From contig CAVQGX010000040.1 in the NCBI GenBank assembly GCA_963712115.1, positions 11,562 through 75,561 on the forward strand: a stretch of DNA of 64,000 nucleotides. Direction: 5' to 3'. This DNA comes from an uncultured delta proteobacterium. Its GTDB lineage: Bacteria > Desulfobacterota > Syntrophobacteria > BM002. The translations under genes and the position numbers were made by a program. The notes beneath the pieces were generated by a model that saw only the letters and a list, made by a program, of their open reading frames with translations, was not told where the DNA came from and ran no database searches. The stretch's first letter is position 1. Each line of letters begins with the position of its first letter. Positions 10,401 through 19,484 of this stretch are shown in pieces.

Positions 10401-13400
10401 CCACTTGGACCACGAGATTGAAAGCTTTAATAGTTCAACTGGGGAACTCATTACCTGGGTCAGAATTCCCACCTTGTCCTACAACGGTGATACCACCATT
10501 TACATGTATTATGGAAACCCCAGTGTCTACGAGGCCACAGAACGTCCTGCCGGGGTCTGGGATGCCAATTACGTGGGTGTCTGGCATTTACATGAGAGTC
10601 CCAACGACGGTGTGGCTGGGCATGTGGATTCCACGGGTAACCCTAATGTTGGCACACCACAGAACTTCCAGGATGGTGGTGGGGGCTCGACCAATGCGAC
10701 TGGAAAAATAGGTGGGGCAGACTATTTTGCCGGCGACGATGATCTTGTGGATTGCGGCAACAATGCCATACTCAATGTCAATTATGTCACGGTTGAACTC
10801 TGGATCAATATAAATAGCTGGGTGAGTGACGGCGGCATCCTGGCAAAAGGTGACAACGGTTATCGTCAGTACTGGATGTGGACATATAATTCAGCAGGGT
10901 CGTTTGAAGTTGATGAGGGTATCCATCAGAATAATGCGTGGAATTTTCCATCGGGAGCGTGGACACATCTGGTCTTAATCTATGACGGGTCCAATGTCAT
11001 CACTTATACAAATGGTGTCCAAGAAAATATTTATCCTCAAACAACCGGCGTTATCGACAGCCAGACACCGAATTTATTTTTCGGATACATCCCGAGCTAC
11101 AATTATTTCGACGGCAGCCTGGACGAAGTTCGCATCACCAATGGAGTGCGAGATCTCTGCTGGATTGAAACCGAATACGCCAACCAGAACAATCCGGGCG
11201 ATATCGGCAGTCCCGGCTTTTACACCATCGGCGGTGAGGAAGGCGGCCCGGCCACAGCGGTTGATCTTGTCTCCTTTACGGCCAAAGGTGAGGGGAGCTC
11301 TGTTCTGGTGGAATGGGAGACGGCCCAGGAGCTCAACCACATGGGCTTTCATCTCTATCGGGCCAGGAGCCCCTGGGGTCCCTTCACCCGGCTCACCGAC
11401 AAACTGATTTCCGGCCTGACCTCTTCGGTTGTGGGCAGGAAGTACTCCTATGAGGACAAAGACGTCACCCGGGGAGAGATCTACTACTACCAGCTGGAAG
11501 ACATTGACATCTTCGGCAAGAAGACCCTCCACGGCCCCATCTGTGTGGACTGGGATGGTGACGGCCTGCCTGATGACTGGGAGATCGCCCACGGGCTAAA
11601 TCCCGGTTTTGATGACGCTGATTTCGATTGGGACGGTGACGGGCTGACCAATCTGGAAGAATACCTCCGGGGTACTGATCCCTTCAACCCGGACACTGAT
11701 GGCGACGGTATCTTGGATGGTGATGAGTCCATAGAAAGAGACCCGGATGACCAAGATATAGCCGGCACCCTGGGCCCCGGCGTTTACCTGGTGGCATCTG
11801 ATGAGACGGGCACTACCCTGGAACTGCGCACCGATTCCTTTGACTTCAATATTGTTCAGGCTGAAGGGCAAGAATTCGAGCGGCTCAGGATTAAAGACTA
11901 CATCCACGGCTTCACCGATGTGGTGGGCAAACCCGAGCTTCCCCTCAAGGGAATCCTTTTGGATATTCCGGAAGGATATGGGGCAACCTTAAACGTTTTA
12001 GAGACGGAAGATGAGGTGCATACCGGCTACCGGGTCTATCCGGTTCCTGAAAAATCTGTGGACGACCAGGATCAACTAGCCCATGTGGGCGAGATATTTG
12101 TCATTGATCAAGCAGCATACAGCGTGGATGCTTTCTACCCTGATGCTGCGGCTCTACTGGGCAAAGAGTATCTCTTCCGGGGCCAGCAAAAGCAGCAGAT
12201 TTTCTTCCATCCCCTCACCTTCAACCCGGCCACCGGAGAGCTCCGCCACCACCGCCGCATCCGGGTTCGGGTGGACTATGTAGTCGTGGAAGAGTTGAAG
12301 ACAGCCGGCCCCGAGCCACACGGTCTGGGCACCACCTGGGGTGGATAGAGATTCTTTTGATTCACTCTCCATGGTGGAGATGGCGGCGTGGGAACCTCCT
12401 TCGACATCTAAAGCTGTCTACAAGATCCTGGTCTCCGAAGAAGGCATCTACCGCCTGACCAGGAGCTGGCTCCAGGCTCAAGGTTTGACTGCGACCGAAC
12501 TAGCAGAAATAGATCTCAGCCAGGTACGGCTCTACAACCTAGGCCAGGAGATTGCCATCTCTGTTTACGATCAAGACAGGGACAACCAGTTTGATCCGGA
12601 AGACTACATTGACTTTTACGGCAGGGCTGTGGATGACAGCTACGCAAAATACACCAGCCAAAATGTCTACTGGCTCACTCTTGCAGGGGGCGTGGGTGCA
12701 CCAAAGAGAATGGCTGAAACTGACTCCACCCCGGGAAGTCTCACTGTTCCTGCAACCCACTCTTTTACCGTTCACCATGAGGAGGACAGAAACTATTGGG
12801 CCAGGGCTCCTGGCGGTGACTCTCTGGACCGCTACTTCTTCCACCCCTATGTAATGGGAGAAGATATATCATTCGCTGGAGATCAGGAGATCCGGTCTCC
12901 TTCGACCTTTCCTTACCAGGTGTTTCCGGCCAGGGAACTCTCAAGATAATGCTGGGCGGCACCTGGGACACCGATCACCAGGTAGCTGTCTCCTTGAATG
13001 GCACCCCTGTGGATACCTACACCTGGAGCGGTATTGGATTTTATGAGGTTCAAATCGACAATGTCGATCTTGTGGACGGAGACAACACGGTTACCCTCGA
13101 GTGTTTGACCGGGCAGGATTCCATTGCGGTTGACTGGTTCGAGGTGACATATCCGAGGAGCTTTGAGGCTAGCAGTGACGTTTTAAGATTCACCCACGAG
13201 ACAGGCTACCGCTTCCAGGTTGCCGAGTTTAGTAAAGACGACCTTCTGGCCTTTGACATTACCTCCCCTGGCGATGTGGAGCGGCTGGTAAATTTTGCAG
13301 ACCACAGGCGCCGGGCCCTACTATACCCTGGATTTTGAGCCGGAAATTGCCTCAGGAGAGAGAACCTATCTGGTTCTCACCTCGGATCAGGTAAAAACCC

Positions 13401-14963
13401 CGGTTGCTATCATCGAGGATGAGTACGGCAACCTGGCCAATACTGCCACCGGTGCCGACTACATCCTGATCACCCAAAAAGACCTGGGTTGGGATGTAAA
13501 TGGAGATCCCTATTCATGGTTGAGTGATCTTGCGGCCCTTCGCCAAGCTCAGGGTCTTAGAGTCAAGGTGGTGGATGTGGAAGATGTCTTTGATGAGTTT
13601 AGTTACGGCATCTCTGCGCCTGAGGCTATCCTGGATTTTCTCGCCCATGCTTACACCAACTGGAGTCCGCCTGCACCGCAATACGTGCTCCTGGTGGGAG
13701 ACAGCACCAGAAATCCCAAAAATAATGCTGATCCTACTCGTGGGCTGGACAGTGTGACCACTTATCTTCCCACCTATTTGACTTTTACCGAGCATATGGG
13801 TGAAACCGCAACAGATGAGTGGTTTGTGAGAGTGAGCGGAGACGATGCCATCTCTGATCTCTACATTGGCAGGCTCCCGGCAAAAAGTGTTGATGAAGCC
13901 ACGGTAATGGTCAACAAGATCCTTGCCTACGAGGGTGGTTTAAACACCAAGAGTTGGGAGAAAAATGTGCTCCTCCTGGCGGATGATCAGAGAGATGGCC
14001 CGGAATACGAGTATGAGGCCACTTTTGAAATCATGAACAACGATGTGGCAGCCTTGCTTCCTGCAGCAATGAATGATCCAGTCAAGGGTTACCTAAATGA
14101 CTATTTTGACGCAGATGATCTGAGGGCTGAGATAAAATCCGAGATAAATAGCGGCACTTTTATAGTCAACTACAGCGGCCACAGCTCCATCCAGATATGG
14201 GCGAATCACAGGATAAACTATGAAAATATCTTCAATAACTCAGATGTGGCGACCTTGACCAATAGCAGCATGTATCCTTTCTTTGTCAGCATGGGCTGTC
14301 TTACCGGCCACTTTGTCTACCCGGAAGACTGGAACAACCCCTCCCTGGCCGAGGCACTGCTGCGGGCTGAAGACAAAGGGGCAGCAGCAGCCCTCATGTC
14401 CACAGGGCTTACCACCACCGAAGGCCAGTATATTTTGGATACTGCCCTTTTTGATGCCATCTTCAACCAGGACGTCCGGGTGCTCGGCCAGGCAGTATCT
14501 GCTGCCAAGCAGACCCTTATGGCCAATGGTGACTCGACATATGAAGAGGTTAATGAGACCTTTCTACTCTTTGGTGATCCGGCCATGACTCTTAGGGTAC
14601 CACTTCCCCATAGACCTCAGGGGCTCAGTGCCCAAGGTCAGACCAGCAGTGTTGTCCTGAACTGGAATCAGGCTACAGACTGCAATGGCGGGACTGGTCT
14701 CAGGCTACAACCTCTACCGCAGCACCACACCTGGAGGAACCTACACCAAGGTGAACACGGTCCTTATCAGCGGAACCCAATACGACGACACCTCGGTTGC
14801 AGCTGGAACCACTTACTACTACGTGGTGACCTCTGTTGATCCTGATAACGGTGACGAGAGCGTCCAATCCCAGGAGGCGAGCGGTGGCACGCAAAGTGCA
14901 AATCATCCAGCAAGCGGAGGCGGAGGTGGAAGCTGTTTTATAAATACTGCCACGGGAAAATGA
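7458..14963 (+). CDS. Giant secreted gingipain-like C25 cysteine peptidase (~2,500 aa), split by several frameshifts
   Basis: Signal peptide (..LVVTASGA); carbohydrate-binding-like and MAM-like domains; DUF2341-like/LamG (VGVWHL..FDGSLDEVRI); Ca-binding DxDxDG repeats; C25 propeptide (GKPELP, QQIFFHPLTFNP); C25 core (ADYILIT, DEFSYG, YVLLVGD, YIGRLP, NYSGH, SMGC, LFGDP); FN3; C-terminal GGGGGSCFINTA. Consecutive ORF pieces 7458-8276, 7861-12348, 12341-12949, 12949-13338, 13295-14839, 14685-14963. Confidence 0.85.
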
Positions 14964-15019
14964 TTGGAGTATTGGAGTATTGGAGTGATGGAGTATTTGA
15001 AAGAAAAGTTGATTCTCAG

Positions 15020-15181
15020 ATGAAAAGTAAGAAGAAAGAATATAAGAAACCCGAGGTAAAAAGAGTCAGTTTAGACGCCAAGTGTGCCGTCCTGGCCTTC
15101 TGCAAAACCAGTGGGAGCCTTGGCCCTGACGGGGATAACTGTGGTGTGCCTCTCCCACCCTGTGCCAGCGAAGGCTCTTGA
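15020..15181 (+). CDS. Candidate RiPP precursor peptide, 53 aa, Cys-rich
   Basis: MKSKKKEYKKPEVKRVSLDAKCAVLAFCKTSGSLGPDGDNCGVPLPPCASEGS: basic leader with YxxP motif, 4 Cys, Gly/Ser/Pro-rich core; RRE, rSAM, peptidase and kinase nearby. Confidence 0.8.
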   Translation: MKSKKKEYKKPEVKRVSLDAKCAVLAFCKTSGSLGPDGDNCGVPLPPCASEGS

Positions 15182-15196
15182 GGGTTATCTGACACC

Positions 15197-15682
15197 GTGA
15201 AGGCAGCGGATCTTGCATTGAAAACCCAGATCTCATCGCCGAGTTTTAGTCTTTTGAGCGGTGAGTTGCTTAGCCTTGGCCTCGGAGTGCGTTTCCGAGC
15301 CCCTGGAACAAGCATGCAGCCCACCATTCGCCATGGGGACGTGATCACGGTTAAGCCTGTAGCGCCAGCCAAACTCAAAAGGGGAGACATTATCCTCTAT
15401 CGCCTTCGAAGCGGTTTTATTGCCCATCGTATAGTGAACATAGAGGAAAGAAACGGTTGTGGGCTCACCTTTATCTTGCGGGGCGACGCCTCCACCACCT
15501 GCGATGACCCGGTGGGACAGGAGCAGATCCTGGGCAAGGTTGTTTGCCTGGAGCGAAATCATCGAATCATCGACCCTTACCGCTGGAGAGTCAGACTATG
15601 GAGCATGCTTTACCTGTGGCTTGCGAGTTTGAAGAGAAGCGTTTCTCAGTGGTTTTTACCACAAAGTACACAAAGGCAATAA
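15197..15682 (+). CDS. S26 (signal peptidase I-like) peptidase
   Basis: GTSMQPTIRHGD (catalytic Ser), IAHRIV, ILRGD..D and QILGKV boxes; no N-terminal TM helix. Confidence 0.85.
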   Translation: MKAADLALKTQISSPSFSLLSGELLSLGLGVRFRAPGTSMQPTIRHGDVITVKPVAPAKLKRGDIILYRLRSGFIAHRIVNIEERNGCGLTFILRGDASTTCDDPVGQEQILGKVVCLERNHRIIDPYRWRVRLWSMLYLWLASLKRSVSQWFLPQSTQRQ

Positions 15683-15709
15683 TGCAGAGCCCATGGCGCC
15701 AAGAGTTTG

Positions 15710-15820
15710 GTAAACAGTAAACGGTGAACGGTAAACGGAACTACTCTGCAACATTTCACCGTTTACCATTTACCGTTTACTATGATTTTCTCTATGCTCT
15801 ATGCCCTATGCTCTATGCCC
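15710..15820. repeat. Inverted heptamer-repeat hairpin plus ctatgct tandem
   Basis: gtaaaca gtaaacg gtgaacg gtaaacg ... ccgttta ccattta ccgttta; then ctatgct ctatgcc ctatgct ctatgcc. Confidence 0.75.
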
Positions 15821-15867
15821 TTGGTGTTCTTCGTTTTCTTTGAGTTTTACTAGCGAGAGAGCAGCGC

Positions 15868-16716
15868 ATGTCAAAAAATTTGGCCATTAGAATTGGAGAC
15901 GTGGCTATTTCCATTGAAGGAAAGGTCTTCGGGGAAATAGCGCCGGCCTATCTTCCCTTTGTCGCCCGAGGAAAAACCGACATCAGCCTTCGGCTGCGCC
16001 TCGGGATCCCTGACGTGGTGGTTGGAGAAAAAGTTTTCGAGTCCCCCCCGATCTGGACTCTGTACCGTGAAAACGGTACGTCCTCAATAGTACTTTTCCC
16101 AGAGATGGGTGACCTCCAGAGAACCCTCTTTTTGCCGCACCATCTCAAACACGCCGACCTTTACTTTGCCGACGACTGTATTCGCTTCATCGATCCTTAT
16201 TTTGGCCCAACCTTGGAACTTTTGCTCATCCATTACCTGGCAAAGGGAAGGGGAGTCATCCTTCACGCCTGCGGGATTGTTATTGACGATAGAGGAATTC
16301 TTTTTTTGGGGGAATCCGGGGCTGGTAAAAGCACGCTGGCGAGAATGTGGGCTCAAGAAAATGGTGTTGACATCCTCAGCGACGACAGGGTTATTGTGCG
16401 AAAACAGGGTCGTGAGTTCAGGATTTACGGAACGCCCTGGCATGGCGAGGCCGCATTCGGCATCCCCCGTGAAGCGAAGTTAGAGCGAATTTTTTTCCTC
16501 AGACACGGACAAGAGAATTCGCTCAAAGATATGAAAGGGCTCGATCCGGTATCGCACCTCCTCACCTGTTCCTTTCCCCCACTGTGGGACTCTCAAGGAA
16601 TGGAATTTGTTCTGGAGTTCTTCAGCCAGGTAACAGCTCAGGTTCCATGCCAAGAACTCAGCTTCAGACCAGAAAAGAGCGCCCTCGCTCTGGTAAAAAA
16701 GATCAGCAAGTGGTAA
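15868..16716 (+). CDS. HprK-related P-loop kinase (ScmC-like)
   Basis: ILHACG, GESGAGKSTLA, ILSDDR and YGTPWHGE motifs. Confidence 0.8.
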   Translation: MSKNLAIRIGDVAISIEGKVFGEIAPAYLPFVARGKTDISLRLRLGIPDVVVGEKVFESPPIWTLYRENGTSSIVLFPEMGDLQRTLFLPHHLKHADLYFADDCIRFIDPYFGPTLELLLIHYLAKGRGVILHACGIVIDDRGILFLGESGAGKSTLARMWAQENGVDILSDDRVIVRKQGREFRIYGTPWHGEAAFGIPREAKLERIFFLRHGQENSLKDMKGLDPVSHLLTCSFPPLWDSQGMEFVLEFFSQVTAQVPCQELSFRPEKSALALVKKISKW

Positions 16717-16934
16717 TGAAGATCCGCCTGATGACTTTGCCGCCGCCGGAGGTCTCAGGTGTCATTCACTATCAGGTGTCGGAGTATGAACCGGAACCGC
16801 AGAAGGAACCGAGAATATAAAATCTCAAATTCCGCATCGATTTCAAGGTTTCGCTGCTCAGAGTTCGGCATTCGAATTTCCGATCTGAAGATCCTGAAAC
16901 CTTTCTCTTTGAAGAATGAGACTTAACTTTGTCA

Positions 16935-18435
16935 ATGGCCAAACTCAGAAAACAGATTTCCCTACACGGCCAGAGCGCTTTTGCTGGGCCTCCTTGTAGC
17001 CCAGGTCATAGCTACCATACAGGTGTATCTGTCCAACCTCGATCTCCACCGCAAGCTATCGGCCATAAAGGCTGCCGGCTACCTCACCATACCGAACCAA
17101 CGCATTATGCCCAGCCTCCAGGAATTCTCTCCCGCCTTCTTTGGCGGTCTTTTTTTCACTCTAAGTGTGGGTGCAGGTCTAACCCTACTCTCCATCGGAG
17201 CGGCCTGGGTATGGAATCGGGTGTTTTCACGAAACCGTTATATTTTGATCGTTTTTTTGCTGCTCTGGCTTGGTTCTCTGGTGGAGCTGAATCACCGGGG
17301 CTTTTCCTTTGGGGCCACATGTTATTTTTTTGCCATACCCCCTGTGGTTTTCCTCGCTACCCTCAGATGGATACCCCCACGTCCAGGTAATAGGGGGTGG
17401 GTCCACGGAGCGCTACACACCATCCCGGTTGTGGTCCTGGCACTTTTGTGGACACCCCAAATTAACAAAAACTTTTTCGTGGACTTCAGAGACATTTTCC
17501 TCCTTTCGAATCCAGTTGGGATAAAGGTTAACGATTTTTACTATGACTATACCCTCTACCCGGCGGAGGTCTTCAAGTCTCTGGACCAGAAGCTTCTCAA
17601 AACTTGCAGTCTGCAAAACCTTAAAAAGGGTGCCCTGCTGGCGCGGGTGGAGATGGAATTGCTCGATCGCGACTACCTCGCTGTGGAAACAGATGATGCA
17701 GTTGACCTTAAGGTGGTACAAGATGGTGGTATGCTGGCCTTCAACCATGAGGGCAGGACAATTCTCCAGACCACACTTGCAGATTTTCTCTCCAAACCGG
17801 CAACTGAATTGGAAGAATTCTCTGCTAAGAGTGACAGACACGGTTTCTTTCGACATTTTACCTTCTACTCTCTTCTCGTGGGGCTGCCCCTTGCCCTCTA
17901 CCTTCTCCTCCATACTCTGATCCGTCTTCTCTGTTGCTTTTTTCTGGATGTTAGGATCTCTTCTTTGATTGCTTCAATACTTTGTCTAATTGTTGGCCTG
18001 AGCATCCTGATCCCATTCCACTATATGAGATGGACAGATATGGATTTGAAGGATGTCCCCCGGGCTCTGGCATCAGAGTCCTGGCAGAAGCGAGTTGCCG
18101 CCTTGAAGATCATAGAGCGAAAAGGGCTGGAAGTAAGTAGCTTTCAGCCCTATCCGAAGCTGCTTGCAAGCCCACACATAGCAGAGCGCTACTGGTTGGC
18201 GAGGGCACTGGCTGTAAGCCGTCGACCTGAAACCTACAGAGATCTCTTGGCCTTTCTGGATGATCCCCATCCCAATGTGGTTTCAATGGCCTTCTACGGA
18301 ATTGGGCAGAGGGGAGATATAAGGGGTGTCAGCGAAATTCTAACAAGGATCAAAACATCTGATCACTGGTACAACCAATGGTATGCTTACAAAGCCTTGC
18401 GGGCCCTAGGATGGAAGCAAAGGAAATCCAGATAA
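16935..18435 (+). CDS. Multi-TM membrane protein with C-terminal HEAT repeats (likely frameshift near the start)
   Basis: About 7-8 hydrophobic segments; HEAT-like repeats (SESWQKRVAAL, SPHIAERYWLARAL, DDPHPNVVSMA, SDHWYNQWYAYKAL); ORF 16981-18435, probable ATG at 16935. Confidence 0.65.
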
Positions 18436-19055
18436 AAACCCTGTTCCTCTGCCTTTCTGCAGTAATTGCGGTAGAACTGGGTACATGGGTGGTGACTTCA
18501 AAGTCCGGTTACCACCCCATGCTTATTCTGGGTGGCGCCCGTCTCCTCCAAATACTCCTGATTATCCTGATTGTTGTGACCTGGGGGAAAGGATTACCTT
18601 CCATAGGCATGGCTCGATCCGAGATGGTCTCTGGTTTGAAAAAGGGGCTGCTCTGGTCGGCCGGTTTTGGAGCGATCGGTTCCGTTGCCTGTGTTGGATT
18701 GTTCGCTGCCTCCATAAATCCTCTCATCTTAATAAAAGCCCGCCTACCCACGCAGACCGGGGATCTTGTTCTTTTTTTCATTGTTGGGGGGATGTTAGGG
18801 CCCGTAGCGGAAGAGGTCTTCTTTCGGGGAATACTCTATGGTTTTTTGCGACGATGGGGGGTGGTAGTGGCGGTGTTTTTAAGTACCCTGCTCTTTGTAC
18901 TACCCCACGCAATACATCAAAGAATCCCCATTACCCAAGTAGTGGGAGGAATCGTCTTTGCTGTAGCCTATGAGATCAGCGGCAGCCTGATTGTCCCCAT
19001 CACCATCCATGCACTGGGCAACCTGGCCATCTTCACCCTCTCCTTGGTATTTTAG
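18411..19055 (+). CDS. CPBP (CAAX protease/Abi) intramembrane glutamic endopeptidase
   Basis: PVAEEVFFRG, LFVLPH and IHALGN motifs; multi-TM; overlaps the upstream gene end. Confidence 0.9.
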   Translation: MEAKEIQIKTLFLCLSAVIAVELGTWVVTSKSGYHPMLILGGARLLQILLIILIVVTWGKGLPSIGMARSEMVSGLKKGLLWSAGFGAIGSVACVGLFAASINPLILIKARLPTQTGDLVLFFIVGGMLGPVAEEVFFRGILYGFLRRWGVVVAVFLSTLLFVLPHAIHQRIPITQVVGGIVFAVAYEISGSLIVPITIHALGNLAIFTLSLVF

Positions 19056-19248
19056 CCTAGTTCGTCTCGCCCGTCTCGCCCGTCTCGCCGTGAAACGTCA
19101 TATATGCGTCAAATGGCACATATCAGACAGGACACACTATCCATTTTAACAGCTCTAACCAGGATAACTTATTGAAAATAATGATATTTAATCTTTAATG
19201 TAGCAATTCTCAGGTGGGGAGACCTCAGTATTTAATCGCTGGAAATTA

Positions 19249-19264
19249 CGGCATAGTGTTTGCA
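19249..19264 (+). promoter_or_regulatory. Putative sigma-54 promoter for the EPS export operon
   Basis: CGGCAT-AGTGT-TTGCA (GG-N10-GC); IHF-like taacttattgaaa at ~19165. Confidence 0.6.
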
Positions 19265-19484
19265 AGGTATGATTGCGGAATTAAAGGTAGAAAATAACCA
19301 TCTACTCATGGAGACGTACATTTTTGAAGTTCCTTTTAGCTTTAGCAACTGGAGGCTACCAGTTAGCTCTGGGGCAAGGACACCTGTACTCTCAGGGCTG
19401 AGGACTGGAACCACAGCGTTGCTTTCAATTTCATCTCGGAAATCGGACTACCCGCTGATTGAGAAATAACTTGGATGGTTAGCC

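Noticed and set aside
14960-15019. Longer 73-aa version of the precursor
   Set aside because: The extra residues (GVLEYWSDGV) come from the ttggagta tandem repeat; ATG 15020 is more plausible, though its RBS is weak.
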